NCBI GenBank assembly: GCA_024276825.1
Contig: JAJRWI010000004.1
Location: 13,723 to 77,722 of the forward strand
Direction: 5' to 3'
From: an archaeon
Lineage (GTDB): Archaea > Asgardarchaeota > Thorarchaeia > Thorarchaeales > Thorarchaeaceae
DNA: 64,000 bases
A model generated the notes under the pieces. It ran no database searches. It was not told the origin of the DNA and saw only the letters and a list, made by a program, of their open reading frames with translations. Made by a program: the position numbers and the translations under genes. Positions 10,108-20,996 of the stretch are shown here, piece after piece (position 1 is the stretch's first letter; every line of letters starts with the position of its first letter).

Positions 10108-10677
10108 TTGATCATATTGCCTGCTCTGTTGTATCTCTTGAACCATACAGAACCTGAGGTAGAGTATGGTGAGATACCTAGCAAATGGAACCTCTCTCGA
10201 AAGGGCCGTGAGCAGGCTGTGGCTCTAGCACTTTCTGGAGTCTTCTCATCAGTTGATGTGATTGTGTCATCATCAGAACCTCGAGCTTTTCAGACTGCCT
10301 ATCCAATTGCTATTCGAAACAAAGTAAAGGTAATCAGAAATCCTCTATTCAATGAATTAAACCAAGATGGCGGGTTCTTCATGACCTCAAGGGGCTATGA
10401 AGAATCGGTAAAGATGGTACTGATGGACCCTGACTACAAAGTATATGGCTGGGAAACTCATCGTGCTGCTCTGGCTAGATTTCAAAATGGGATCAGGGAA
10501 ACTCTTGATGAGTACAATGTTGGGAGCATTCTTGTAGTCTCACACAATATTATTCTAACATTGTTCTTTTGTTATGTTCTTGGAGCTTTTGAATCAGCAA
10601 TAGAAAGATGGCAGTCACTCAAATATGGAGCATGGGGCATCATAAATGGTGATGTTGTGGTTAAAGACATAGTCTAA
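10108..10677 (+). CDS. Histidine phosphatase (phosphoglycerate mutase-like) family protein with degenerate active site
   Basis: LS.KGREQA, SS.E.RA.QTA, ILVVSH motifs are present. RHG is replaced by NHT. Confidence 0.7.
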   Translation: MIILPALLYLLNHTEPEVEYGEIPSKWNLSRKGREQAVALALSGVFSSVDVIVSSSEPRAFQTAYPIAIRNKVKVIRNPLFNELNQDGGFFMTSRGYEESVKMVLMDPDYKVYGWETHRAALARFQNGIRETLDEYNVGSILVVSHNIILTLFFCYVLGAFESAIERWQSLKYGAWGIINGDVVVKDIV

Positions 10678-10685
10678 ATTCAATT

Positions 10686-11216
10686 TTACTTTTCTGCCAT
10701 GCTCAATACGCTAATAGGAATGTTGTCTGGAGTAGTCTTTTCAAATGCTCCTGCAATAAGCTTGGCTACATATCCAACTATTGGAATATACAATAATAGG
10801 AATAGAGCTAAAATCAGATTAGACGCCAGACTGAATGGGATGAAGAAACCTCCTGTAATCCTTACGGGAATATCAATAATGAATAGAAAGACTATAAGGC
10901 CGATGCTATGCATGAGTTGAGATGAAATGCTATTATTAATCTCAATCTTCCAAAGAACTCGAGATATATATGCATTGATTAATCCGAAAGAAACTAGAAA
11001 CGCAATGGCGAAAATGAAATGGAACAAGGCCAGGATTTGAAAAGTTGCATAAATGAAAATAATGCAGACTCCGTGAATCAAATAGAGAAGCCAAGGCGAT
11101 GGTCCAGCTTGAGGTTCTTCTTCAGTTGAGTTGTCCCCTTCATAGATGGCCAAGGATCCTCCCCAATTTCCTACTCGATTCAAATTGATATTAACTTTGT
11201 GAATTTTTTCTTGCAT
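10686..11216 (-). CDS. Hypothetical membrane protein (about 4 TM)
   Basis: Four long hydrophobic stretches. Start uncertain. Confidence 0.6.
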   Translation of the reverse strand: MQEKIHKVNINLNRVGNWGGSLAIYEGDNSTEEEPQAGPSPWLLYLIHGVCIIFIYATFQILALFHFIFAIAFLVSFGLINAYISRVLWKIEINNSISSQLMHSIGLIVFLFIIDIPVRITGGFFIPFSLASNLILALFLLLYIPIVGYVAKLIAGAFEKTTPDNIPISVLSMAEK

Positions 11217-11270
11217 ATTCTGAGAATCGTTATAAACAGATGGTGTAATCAGTTATCATTGGTGAAATTA

Positions 11271-11789
11271 ATGAAAAAACTCACAAAGAGCCTTATCACT
11301 GACTATGAGAAGTTCAAGTCCGAATGGGAAAAGGATTCTGGCACTCCTGAAGAAACTATAATGTATTATATTATTGCAGCATTGAACTTGGAAAAGGATC
11401 GCAAACTCGGAGAAGCAATGATGACAGTGGTCGTTTCAAAAAAGGACCTAGTAGAAGATAGCAAGTCCCCCTCTGGATACAAATTGCGAAGAACTGGTTC
11501 TGGTTATTATATCGGACAATTTCTAAAGGACAAGAACATTGCAAGATCGTATGTGGGGGGCACGCCCGAGAACGACTATGAGATCAGCAAAAACAATCTT
11601 GTTATGTCTGTTGTCAAGGTTATTGATAGAAACGAGAAGACGAAAAAAATATTCATCCAGAGCGGTGGCAAAGACAACCCCACACCAGTGACGCTCAAGA
11701 TGAACCGCCATGGACAGTGGAAGTTGGTCGAATATTCTTCCATATGTACAGGTGTGAAGCCTCCTGCCTCTCAAGTTGATGATTTTTAG
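11271..11789 (+). CDS. Hypothetical protein (DUF6935-like)
   Basis: IARSYVGGTPENDY and FIQSGGKDNPTPVTL...GQWKL motifs. Family name recalled, not searched. Confidence 0.55.
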   Translation: MKKLTKSLITDYEKFKSEWEKDSGTPEETIMYYIIAALNLEKDRKLGEAMMTVVVSKKDLVEDSKSPSGYKLRRTGSGYYIGQFLKDKNIARSYVGGTPENDYEISKNNLVMSVVKVIDRNEKTKKIFIQSGGKDNPTPVTLKMNRHGQWKLVEYSSICTGVKPPASQVDDF

Positions 11790-12110
11790 GAAGCCATTGG
11801 CTTCTCCTTTTTTGCCAAAAGTGCTTTGAATCACCATTCCTCATTATGAAACATATGGTTTGACACAACTACTGACTAAATCATTAATTCATTTTATGGC
11901 AACATGGCATTTATGAACATAGAACATCCTTCCACAGATAATAAATAGAGGAATAATTGCCTCTCATGGCAGAATCATGGCTCCAAAAGGAAGGAGTCCC
12001 TTAAAAACCACGGACGGCAACTTTCTTAAGAGGTCTGTGGACAATAGATAATAATTCAAATAAATGTCGAAAATGAATTCATCCGTATATGCATTGAGGA
12101 GATGCTAGTT

Positions 12111-13154
12111 ATGGTTGGTATCGTCGGCTATGGAGTATACATACCAAGATATAGAATAAAAACGGAAGAGATCGCCAGAGTCTGGGGTGATGATGGCAAA
12201 AGGCTTGCCAAAGGTCTCGGGGTTTTTGAAAAGTCCGTGCCTGGACCTGATGAAGAAGTGGCGACCATTTCCGTCGAAGCGGCCAGAAACGCTGTAAAAT
12301 ATGCAGGAATTGATCCAAAGGATATTGGGGCAATCTATGTGGGTTCTGAATCCCATCCATATGCGGTAAAGCCCACTGGAACTATTGTTGCAGAAGCACT
12401 CAGTTGTACAACTGATCTGACCTGTGCAGACTATGAGTTTGCATGTAAGGCGGGAACTGCGGCAATCCAAACCACGATGGGTCTTGTCCAGTCTAACATG
12501 ATCAAGATTGGGTTGGCAATAGGAGCCGACACTGCCCAGGGGCGTCCGGGTGATGCTCTCGAATACAGTGCAGCAGCAGGCGGTGTTGCAATACTTGTTG
12601 GAATGGACAATGTGGTTGCCACCATAGAAGCGACCTCCTCATTCACAACTGATACCCCTGACTTTTGGCGTAGAGAGGGTGAAGACTTTCCTAGCCACGG
12701 AGCTCGATTTACAGGAGAACCAGCCTACTTCCGCCATGTGGGAGAAGGAGCTCGATTGCTCATGAGAAAGACTGGAACTACAATTGATGATTTTGACTAC
12801 TTTGTGTTTCACATGCCAAACGGAAAGTTTCCGCTTGCCATGGGTAGACAGTTGGGAGTTCCAAAGGAAAAACTCGAGGACAGTCTTGTAGTCAGACAAA
12901 TCGTAAACACATATTCGGGCTCAGCAATGATGGGCTTAGCACGAGTGTTGGACATTGCAAAACCTGGTGATAAAATCTTCATGGTAAGCTATGGTTCAGG
13001 TGCTGGAAGTGATGCCTTTATTATTCGTGTGGAGAAAGAGATTCTGAATCATCGTGGCAAAGTCCCGACAGTAGATGATTTCATTGCGAGGAAGACCTAC
13101 ATTGACTACTCAGAGTATGCCAAATACAGGAGAAAGATCAAGGCTCTTGCCTAA
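12111..13154 (+). CDS. mvaS: Archaeal hydroxymethylglutaryl-CoA synthase
   Basis: [19 protein letters not shown] (catalytic Cys), [35 protein letters not shown] upstream of ATG 12111. Confidence 0.95.
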   Translation: MVGIVGYGVYIPRYRIKTEEIARVWGDDGKRLAKGLGVFEKSVPGPDEEVATISVEAARNAVKYAGIDPKDIGAIYVGSESHPYAVKPTGTIVAEALSCTTDLTCADYEFACKAGTAAIQTTMGLVQSNMIKIGLAIGADTAQGRPGDALEYSAAAGGVAILVGMDNVVATIEATSSFTTDTPDFWRREGEDFPSHGARFTGEPAYFRHVGEGARLLMRKTGTTIDDFDYFVFHMPNGKFPLAMGRQLGVPKEKLEDSLVVRQIVNTYSGSAMMGLARVLDIAKPGDKIFMVSYGSGAGSDAFIIRVEKEILNHRGKVPTVDDFIARKTYIDYSEYAKYRRKIKALA

Positions 13155-13166
13155 GGAGGAGATTGA

Positions 13167-14327
13167 ATGGGAAATAGAGTAGCAATTGCTGGAGTTGGAC
13201 TTACCAAATTCGGTGAACTCTGGGATAAGAGTCTTAGAGACATCACGCTTGAAGCTGGAATGTATGCAATATTTGATGCAGGAATCAAAGGAAGCGAAAT
13301 TGATGCCGTGACCATTGGCAATATGAGCGCCGGCAGATTCACTGGACAGGAGCACCTAGGTGCCCTTGCGGTCGATCAGGGTGGCCTTGGAACAATACCT
13401 GCGTATAGTGTTGAGGCCGCCTGTGCCAGTGGTGGTGCAGCTGTTAGACATGCCTACATGGCAATAAAGTCTGGCGAGCATGATGCGATTCTCGTTCTGG
13501 GTTCTGAAAAGATGAGTGATGTGAATCAGTCACAAGCAATGGACACAGTTAGCGTTGCCTCAGACTGGGAGTGGGAAGGTCTCTTTGGTGCAACTTTTCC
13601 GGCACTCTATGCATTTATGGCACGAAGGCATATGCTCGAATATGGTACAACTGAAGAACAACTGAGTCTTGTAACAGTCAAGAACCATGCAAATGCGGCC
13701 AATAACCCATGGGCTCAATTTCAGAGGCCTGTACCATTGGAGATCGTGATGAACTCTGGGCTTATCGCCGATCCAATCAGGGTCTTACACTCATCACCAA
13801 TCAGCGATGGTGCAGCAGGTCTGATTATGTGCACTGAAGAGAAAGCCAAGGAACTCACAGACATTCCCGTTTACATTGAGGCATCCACACAGGCCAGTGA
13901 TACATTGGCCCTACATGATCGTGAGGACATTACAACAATGGCTGCCGTGAAGAAGTCATCTCGCGAAGCACTGCAGAAGGCGGGTCTGACCATTAATGAT
14001 ATCGATGTCTTTGAGGTCCATGATAGTTTCACAATAGGTGAGATAATAATCACCGAAGATATTGGGATAACTGAAAAGGGAAACGGTGGTAGGATAGTGG
14101 AAGAGGGACTCACAGCCCTCGATGGTAAATTCCCAGTCAATCCCTCTGGTGGCCTTAAAGCGCGTGGTCATCCAATAGGAGCCACAGGTGTCGCTCAGAT
14201 TGCTGAACTGGTCCTTCAACTCAGGGGCGATGCTGAGAAACGACAGGTTGATGGTGCTGAGACCGCTATGGCAGTTAATATTGGAGGCACGGGTGCAACC
14301 TCAATTGTACACATCTTAAGGAGGTAA
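13167..14327 (+). CDS. Acetoacetyl-CoA thiolase (archaeal type)
   Basis: EAACASGG, VKNH, SPISDGAA, EVHDSF, NPSGGLKARGHPIGATG. Confidence 0.95.
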   Translation: MGNRVAIAGVGLTKFGELWDKSLRDITLEAGMYAIFDAGIKGSEIDAVTIGNMSAGRFTGQEHLGALAVDQGGLGTIPAYSVEAACASGGAAVRHAYMAIKSGEHDAILVLGSEKMSDVNQSQAMDTVSVASDWEWEGLFGATFPALYAFMARRHMLEYGTTEEQLSLVTVKNHANAANNPWAQFQRPVPLEIVMNSGLIADPIRVLHSSPISDGAAGLIMCTEEKAKELTDIPVYIEASTQASDTLALHDREDITTMAAVKKSSREALQKAGLTINDIDVFEVHDSFTIGEIIITEDIGITEKGNGGRIVEEGLTALDGKFPVNPSGGLKARGHPIGATGVAQIAELVLQLRGDAEKRQVDGAETAMAVNIGGTGATSIVHILRR

Positions 14328-14331
14328 TCGA

Positions 14332-14760
14332 ATGGGAGAACAAGGTGTAGCACATGTCTGGAGAAAACTGAGAGCCATCTACAACATTGAAGGTAACCAC
14401 TGCAAGACCTGCGACTCATACTTCTTTCCGCCACGTCTGGTCTGTCCCAATTGCAGAAGAAAAGGACAGCTTGAAGAGCATCATTTCAAGGGCCTTGGAA
14501 AGGTCCATACTTTCGCAATTGTTAGGCAGGCCCCAGAGGGCTTCAAGAGACAGGTCCCATATATTGTGGCTCAGGTTGAACTCGATGAGGGTGTGCGTCT
14601 GACAGCGCAGATTGTCAACTGTGATCCTGAGGATGTAGAGATTGGGATGCGTGTTCGTGCATGCTTTCGAAAGATCACCGAGTACGGCGAACGTGGAATC
14701 ATAGTTTATGGATACAAGTTTGAACCTGTGCTGAAGGTCACTGGACACCCCTATCCTTAA
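14332..14760 (+). CDS. DUF35 Zn-ribbon/OB-fold scaffold of the thiolase-HMGCS complex
   Basis: CxxC...FPPR..CPxC zinc ribbon, OB fold ending YGYKF, adjacent to thiolase and HMGCS. Confidence 0.93.
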   Translation: MGEQGVAHVWRKLRAIYNIEGNHCKTCDSYFFPPRLVCPNCRRKGQLEEHHFKGLGKVHTFAIVRQAPEGFKRQVPYIVAQVELDEGVRLTAQIVNCDPEDVEIGMRVRACFRKITEYGERGIIVYGYKFEPVLKVTGHPYP

Positions 14761-14773
14761 ACTGATAATGCTG

Positions 14774-15463
14774 TTAGAGCTCTATCTCGGTAATGGTGCC
14801 AACTGCTGGGATTGATACATTGTATACGAGTGTCTTTCCCAGCTGAGCTCTATATCTTACAGATCCATGCACATGTCCATGAATCACCAAATCTGGTTGA
14901 TGCTCCATTATCACTGTGTAAAACTTGCGACTTCCCAGCCATCCAAAGGTTCTGCTGTCCTCTCCTTCACAGGTTTCTAGACATGGACTATAATGCATTA
15001 ACAGGATTCTAAAGTCAACTTTGTTCATTAACTTGTTCAATAGAAATGCAGCTCGTTCTGCTCTCTGAACATATAGCCTACGGATATTGGGGATCATTCG
15101 TTTCTGCCAGTTAGTAGGTCTATCAAGAGAGCCCTGAGTTCCTATGATGCCCACTTTTATGCCTTGAATTTCTTGGGTCACTAACTTTTCGTCCAAGAAT
15201 ATGACTCTGTGCCCATCTGATGAGAGCAGCTCCTTGCGCGACTCTGCATATTCCTCATTGCCAAAGCACGCAATGATTGGGAACCCATCCCCTAGAATCT
15301 GATGGATCAGATCGACAAGTTTTGGAAACTCATCAATTTTGCCACGATTTATCATATCACCTGCCATCAGAAACAGGTCAGGAGTGTTAACCCGTTCGAG
15401 ACCCCTGATGAAATCATCATAATAGCGGGGGCTGTGAACATCTGACACTGCTAGTATTCTCAT
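14774..15463 (-). CDS. Calcineurin-like metallophosphoesterase
   Basis: SDVH, AGD, GNEE, MHYSP, HGHVH motifs. Confidence 0.9.
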   Translation of the reverse strand: MRILAVSDVHSPRYYDDFIRGLERVNTPDLFLMAGDMINRGKIDEFPKLVDLIHQILGDGFPIIACFGNEEYAESRKELLSSDGHRVIFLDEKLVTQEIQGIKVGIIGTQGSLDRPTNWQKRMIPNIRRLYVQRAERAAFLLNKLMNKVDFRILLMHYSPCLETCEGEDSRTFGWLGSRKFYTVIMEHQPDLVIHGHVHGSVRYRAQLGKTLVYNVSIPAVGTITEIEL

Positions 15464-15523
15464 GGCATTTACGAATCATGATTAATGAGTAGAGTTATTA
15501 AAGTTTAGACAATCGGGTAGAAT

Positions 15524-16525
15524 GTGAAAGAAGAAAGGACAATTGCACTCAATCTTTTTGATCGGCTGCATCTTGGACATCAGGTGCTTATTGACCGCCT
15601 TTCTGAGATGCCCAATCCAATCGCAGGAGTGAGTGATGGCGGTCTAATAGGCAGTGAACTCGAACTTGCTGAAATCATACAGCCTGTTGATTTGCGAGTT
15701 GAGAACTTAAAAGCGTATTTGTCCGAATCAAGGCTTGATAGAATTGATGTTCAAGTGTTCTCTAGTTATGATGCCCTTTTGAACATACAAGGACCAGTCA
15801 GGTTTTTGATGTTCATGGGCCCATGTTGTAGTGAGATTGAAGAACACATAATCAAATCACTGCAGGCAGATTCTAAGCCGAAAGTGTCCTTTGAATTCAT
15901 GAAGCCCGTAAGGGCAAATGATGGCGACAAACTGTCATCTGCAAGAATTAGACTGGGGGAGATTGATCGATCGGGTCGCCCACTCGTAGGCACTGACGAA
16001 CCCCCCAGAAGACTCGGCGAAGAACTAAGGAAGGACCTCCAGACCCCGAAGGGCGAGGTCTTTGCAGCCAAGGATGGAAATCCCGAGGAACGAGTAGTAG
16101 AGAAGATCTATCATGAGGGGCCGCCTTGCATTATTGCAGTTGGCGATGTCACATGCGCAACCCTTGCTGAAGTTAATTACTTTCCTGATGTTCAAGTGAT
16201 AGATGGCATAACTAAGCGTGGACGATATGCTCGTGAATTCAAAGCCCACATCGAGTATACGATATACAATCCCCCTGCTACTATTTATCCTGAAGCATGG
16301 TCAGCGATGAAGACTGCCATCAAGAATAAAAGAACTACTCTGATCAAGGTTGAAGGCGAAGAAGACCTACTTGGATTCCCTGCTGCATTACTTGCACCTG
16401 ATGACGCTGTCTTGCTCTATGGCCAACCCGATGTTGGAATTGTCTGGGTTCCAATAAATGATGAGAACCGACGGCGTGCAAGAGCGTTTCTTGAAGCCAT
16501 GCCAATCATCACTTGTAATGACTAG
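15524..16525 (+). CDS. coaD: Fused phosphopantetheine adenylyltransferase / GTP-dependent dephospho-CoA kinase (DUF359)
   Basis: N-terminal FDRLHLGH and LSSARIRLGEID. C-terminal VGDVT, DG.TKR, NPPATI, GEEDL, YGQP. Confidence 0.85.
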   Translation: MKEERTIALNLFDRLHLGHQVLIDRLSEMPNPIAGVSDGGLIGSELELAEIIQPVDLRVENLKAYLSESRLDRIDVQVFSSYDALLNIQGPVRFLMFMGPCCSEIEEHIIKSLQADSKPKVSFEFMKPVRANDGDKLSSARIRLGEIDRSGRPLVGTDEPPRRLGEELRKDLQTPKGEVFAAKDGNPEERVVEKIYHEGPPCIIAVGDVTCATLAEVNYFPDVQVIDGITKRGRYAREFKAHIEYTIYNPPATIYPEAWSAMKTAIKNKRTTLIKVEGEEDLLGFPAALLAPDDAVLLYGQPDVGIVWVPINDENRRRARAFLEAMPIITCND

Positions 16526-18037
16526 CTAACGCATGGCATCTGGAATTTTGGAAATGCAGTCTGTGGCTGTAATATGTTCTCCATGATCTTCAACAGCCTT
16601 CTCACCTGCAAGTCCCGAAACATACGCTGCTGCCGCAGCTGCAAAGAATGCTCTCTCACCTCTCGCCATAAATGACGCACAGATTCCTGTAAGCACATCG
16701 CCTGTTCCTCCAACCGTCATTGCAGGAGTCCCAGTTCTATTTAATTTATAACTTCCATCTGGCATTGCAATAACGTCAATTGCTCCTTTCAAAAGCACCG
16801 TGGAATTGTACATCTTTGCTGCATCATTTGCTTTCTCAATGCGCCTTTCTAGACCCCCTGAATCCTTGATGTGCGAATGCAGTAATATATTCAACTCTCC
16901 CCAATGAGGCGTAAGGATGCATCTTTCTGGGTCAAAGGTAAGACCCGATCCTGATAATGCCTTAAGACCATCGGCATCAATAACTAATGTTTTCTTCAGC
17001 TCAGTCAAAGAATGAGCTAGCTTCACAACTGCAATGCTTGTTTCGTGGTCAAGACCTAGACCCGGACCTATCACAATCACATCAGAACTCTGTGAAGCCA
17101 CTATTATCTTATCAATTGACTCATCAGTCAAGATGTTTTCATCAAGTGCTTGGACCATTAGGTTGGGACTGTAAGAACGGATGGCAGGAACTACTGGATT
17201 TGGTGCCATTATTGAAACAAGATCGGCACCTGCACGCAGAGCCGCCATGCCTGCTAAGGCGGGGGCCCCGGAAAAGACATCACTCCCCCCAATTATGAGA
17301 ATTCTTCCAAAGTCTCCCTTATGCGAATCAGGTTTTCTGGGTCGATTGAACAGCCACAGGTCGCCAGGTCCAGCAGTAATTTCAGCTTCTGGTGGGATCC
17401 CAATTGGCACTAGATAGAGTTCACCTACATATTCCTCAGCATTTAGAAGTCCTGTCTTGGGCGCATGAAGTGTGATTGTGGTATCAGCCTTAACTGCCAT
17501 TCCCATGACCTCCCCCGTGTCTGAATTGATGCCAGTTGGCACATCAACCGAATACTTTGTTGCTGATGCCTTGTTAATCACCTTGACCGCTGTCGCTATT
17601 GGTTCTCGAAGTTTCGACTTTAAGCCAAATCCCATAAGTGCATCGATTATAATGTCAGCTTTGCTAATCGATTTGCAACTCTTGATCTGTGACTCTGTTG
17701 GAAGTGCGACATTTGGGATTGTTCGCATGCTATTCAAGATGTCCCAATTGAATACAGTGTCCGGACTTGAAATATGACGCTCGGAACCAATGAGATAGAC
17801 CTCCACATCTGCGCCAGCCTCATTCAGGTGGCGTGCGGCAACCATGCCATCGCCGCCATTGCCTCCACCTCCGCATAGGATGACTACTAGTCTTGAGTCG
17901 AGGTCTTCATTCATCTCAACTATTCTGGCAACTTCTCTCCCTGCCTGCTGCATCAACATGCTAAGTTCTATGCCCAAATACTGAGCATTCAATTCCAGGA
18001 CACGCATCTCTTTTGAGGTCATTGGAGTGTGCTTCAT
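16526..18037 (-). CDS. nnr: Bifunctional NAD(P)H-hydrate epimerase/dehydratase
   Basis: G.GGNGGDG, DVPTG, HKGDFG, IGPGLG, DADGL, TPHWGE, GGTGDVLTG. Confidence 0.95.
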   Translation of the reverse strand: MKHTPMTSKEMRVLELNAQYLGIELSMLMQQAGREVARIVEMNEDLDSRLVVILCGGGGNGGDGMVAARHLNEAGADVEVYLIGSERHISSPDTVFNWDILNSMRTIPNVALPTESQIKSCKSISKADIIIDALMGFGLKSKLREPIATAVKVINKASATKYSVDVPTGINSDTGEVMGMAVKADTTITLHAPKTGLLNAEEYVGELYLVPIGIPPEAEITAGPGDLWLFNRPRKPDSHKGDFGRILIIGGSDVFSGAPALAGMAALRAGADLVSIMAPNPVVPAIRSYSPNLMVQALDENILTDESIDKIIVASQSSDVIVIGPGLGLDHETSIAVVKLAHSLTELKKTLVIDADGLKALSGSGLTFDPERCILTPHWGELNILLHSHIKDSGGLERRIEKANDAAKMYNSTVLLKGAIDVIAMPDGSYKLNRTGTPAMTVGGTGDVLTGICASFMARGERAFFAAAAAAYVSGLAGEKAVEDHGEHITATDCISKIPDAMR

Positions 18038-18140
18038 ATCTCAATCACTCTCTAATCATATAATGCAATTTCTACTTCATACCTATTTGTCTTTGGTTGT
18101 AATGACCTCTGAACAAGTCCTCATTCATGGGTGGTCATAA

Positions 18141-18758
18141 TCACTGTCCCTCCACATAAAACTCATACTCATCATTTGGCTTCATTTGAAGCCAATAGCA
18201 ACATATACTCACAAAGATCGCAACGCCTCCAAACAATACTAGATTTCCAAAATCAATTACTGATTGAGGTTCCATGATATCTTGCATAGTGATAGCTTGG
18301 ATTGTGGTTTCATTCCAGTTTCCGAGAGTGTCATTAGCCATAAACTTCAGCAATAACACCAATTTAGACACTCCAATTGTGCTAAATGTGATATTTCCGA
18401 GATATGTGTTGCGACTAGAATTCGTTGGAACATGTTGCAATGTTGTGTTTTTCCAAGAGTCTGTCCACTCATTTGGTTCTCTCACAGACAACTGCCATGA
18501 CACAAGTGCTGTGTCCACGCCATCGATATCCCATATATCGGCCCATACTACTAATGTCTGATCAGTTCTTTGAACTCCTCCTGATATATGGATACTTTCT
18601 GTGAAGTTCTCAATTATCGGCGCATCGCTCTCAGCTAGAGTCCAAACAATGCTTTGATGATTCAGTCCTATTTGATAGGAATGACTGGACGAAACTCCCG
18701 AAATAAAAGTGAATATTAAAACAATGCAGACTATCTTACATCTTCTGAAGAGAATCAT
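18141..18758 (-). CDS. Secreted, membrane-anchored protein with an Ig-like domain
   Basis: N-terminal signal-like hydrophobic segment, ANDTLGN motif, C-terminal TM helix. Confidence 0.6.
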   Translation of the reverse strand: MILFRRCKIVCIVLIFTFISGVSSSHSYQIGLNHQSIVWTLAESDAPIIENFTESIHISGGVQRTDQTLVVWADIWDIDGVDTALVSWQLSVREPNEWTDSWKNTTLQHVPTNSSRNTYLGNITFSTIGVSKLVLLLKFMANDTLGNWNETTIQAITMQDIMEPQSVIDFGNLVLFGGVAIFVSICCYWLQMKPNDEYEFYVEGQ

Positions 18759-18945
18759 CTCTTAATCACTGAATGTTTTGAATTTTACAAGATATGTTTT
18801 TCTCAAAGAACTTGTTAAAATTAACAAGGCCAAATTGAAAACTGCTGTTTTCCGTCCAAAACCCATTTATTCGGCAATTTTATTTGAATTCAATTTCAAT
18901 TTCTTTTTGCTATTATTGTAATTTCTATAGTGTATCGGGTCCGCT

Positions 18946-20910
18946 ATGGTTGGGTGGAAGAATATGATAAGTCTGAAGAAAATTCTAGTGTTGGTTCTAG
19001 TGAGTATGATGCTATTATCTCTTAGTCCAACTCAAGGAATAGTTGGACAAATGGAAGAACAGGGGCAAATGCAAGGAAATGTAATGGTCCTCGCAAGCTA
19101 CACCCCTCATGCTCCCTTTAACATAACTTGCAATAAGGACTTTATTGATCAGGGATGGCCAGGTTCAGGCACCACAAGTGATCCATATATCATCTCAGGT
19201 TTGAATATCACCGATGAGAATCAAGCAATATGGATCTTCAACACATCCGCTTATGTTGTCATTGAAGACTGCTATTTCAGAGTCACTAACACAACTAAGT
19301 TGATTGCAATATATCTGGCAAATGCAAGCAATATTGCTTTACGTGGTTCAATATTAACAGCCCTTGGTTATAATTTGGTTGTTCAAAATATGACAAATCT
19401 TGAAGTCAAAAACTGCACTCTCAATGGTGGTCTGGGCACTAATGCTGTATTTGCAAATGTGCATAATGCCATGATCGAATACAATCAATTCAGTCCTGGG
19501 TACTATGACACAAATGCTGTGAATTTTGCTGGCGTTGAAAATGTCACATTTCAGCACAATCTGATTGATGGTTTTCAATGGAGTGGGATAGAATGGGGAT
19601 ATGCCAGCTCTGACTGCTTAGCATACAACAACACCTTAATTGGTTCCACTACTGATCCATTTTTGCAAGCATTCTATGGTATAATTATAGAGGGCGACTC
19701 GGCGGTTGATATCATTGATAACAGAATTCAAAATGCTTCAGTAGGCATCCTTCTTCAGAACTACAGTTCAACAGTGGAATTGAACACAATCACTTATTGC
19801 ACCACAGGCATTGTGTTGCAGGACTCTGTTGGGGCCTCTGTCCACAACAATTTCATCAATTGCACATTTGGAATTGATTTGCAAAGCACTGTGGATTGCA
19901 CCATTCAATTGAACACAATTAGGGCCCTACATTCTGGGATAACGCTTGCTCAGTCTCTGAGAGCCAATGTGAATAGCAACACAATATCATCACGCGTAAA
20001 TGGTATTGTTCTATATAATGCCAACAATTTTGGACAGGACGCACCGCATCTGGAGTTCTGCGATATAAGCAATAATTACCTCTCTGGTGGTGGATTTCAA
20101 TTTATGGTTAATGATGTATCCGAACTAAATCATAAAATAAGGGGCAATGTCCTTAATGGCGGTGCATATGGATATTTCCTTTCCAACGAGAGTATCACTA
20201 TTGATGGTGAATTATTCAGATCATTGACTCTGGTGAATGTTTCAGATGTGACAGTCAAAGGTGGAGAGTTTCAAAACACAACCGTGGGAATTGAGGTCTT
20301 ATATTCACATGATGTGACAATCACGGATGCGATAGTTCATAACACAACCTATGGAATCAGCTTGAAAGAGTCCCTTGAATGTGATATCACCAATAATCAT
20401 CTCTACTATAATGGGATGCCTTTGAAATGGCAGCATTTGTATATACAGATGGGAGCTGCAATCTCCATTGAAAACTCTCGCAATGGCACCATGAACAATA
20501 ATGACATCCACGACAACTACGATGGCATTGCACTTGCTTCCACAAACAACTTCCTCATAACTTACAACTTGATCTATAATAATTCCAATTACGGAATCTC
20601 TCTTGATGGATTATGCTCCAATAACCGCATTTACCAAAATCAAATTGGTTGGAATGGAATCAATGCCAAGGCACAAGCGGCTAGCAACTACTGGGACGAT
20701 GGTGTATCGATGGGCAATTACTGGTCTGATTACGATGGCTCTGGTGAATATGAAGTACTGCCTAATGGCCTTGACCATTATCCAAAACTACTCACCCATC
20801 TGATGCCATTCATGACTGAGGGAATTCCCCTCGATGCCACTATCATTCTTATTGGCGGAGTGGCCATAGGTGTGATTGCAGTGGCTATAATCTTTCTAAA
20901 GAAACGATGA
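18946..20910 (+). CDS. Cell-surface right-handed parallel beta-helix (NosD-like) protein
   Basis: Signal peptide, GWPGSGT.SDPYII, repeated GI.L....N.I..N units, GNYWSDY, C-terminal TM plus KKR. Confidence 0.85.
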   Translation: MVGWKNMISLKKILVLVLVSMMLLSLSPTQGIVGQMEEQGQMQGNVMVLASYTPHAPFNITCNKDFIDQGWPGSGTTSDPYIISGLNITDENQAIWIFNTSAYVVIEDCYFRVTNTTKLIAIYLANASNIALRGSILTALGYNLVVQNMTNLEVKNCTLNGGLGTNAVFANVHNAMIEYNQFSPGYYDTNAVNFAGVENVTFQHNLIDGFQWSGIEWGYASSDCLAYNNTLIGSTTDPFLQAFYGIIIEGDSAVDIIDNRIQNASVGILLQNYSSTVELNTITYCTTGIVLQDSVGASVHNNFINCTFGIDLQSTVDCTIQLNTIRALHSGITLAQSLRANVNSNTISSRVNGIVLYNANNFGQDAPHLEFCDISNNYLSGGGFQFMVNDVSELNHKIRGNVLNGGAYGYFLSNESITIDGELFRSLTLVNVSDVTVKGGEFQNTTVGIEVLYSHDVTITDAIVHNTTYGISLKESLECDITNNHLYYNGMPLKWQHLYIQMGAAISIENSRNGTMNNNDIHDNYDGIALASTNNFLITYNLIYNNSNYGISLDGLCSNNRIYQNQIGWNGINAKAQAASNYWDDGVSMGNYWSDYDGSGEYEVLPNGLDHYPKLLTHLMPFMTEGIPLDATIILIGGVAIGVIAVAIIFLKKR

Positions 20911-20918
20911 ATATCTAT

Positions 20919-20966
20919 GAGCATGATGGCAAATGCCCGCTCATGCTCTCCCTTCCTTTTTGTTTC
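20919..20966 (+). terminator. Hairpin plus T-tract
   Basis: GAGCATGA-TGGCAAATGCCCGC-TCATGCTC followed by TCCCTTCCTTTTTGTTT. Confidence 0.6.
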
Positions 20967-20996
20967 ATGTTCTTTCAGGCAGGCTCTTGGTATCTT

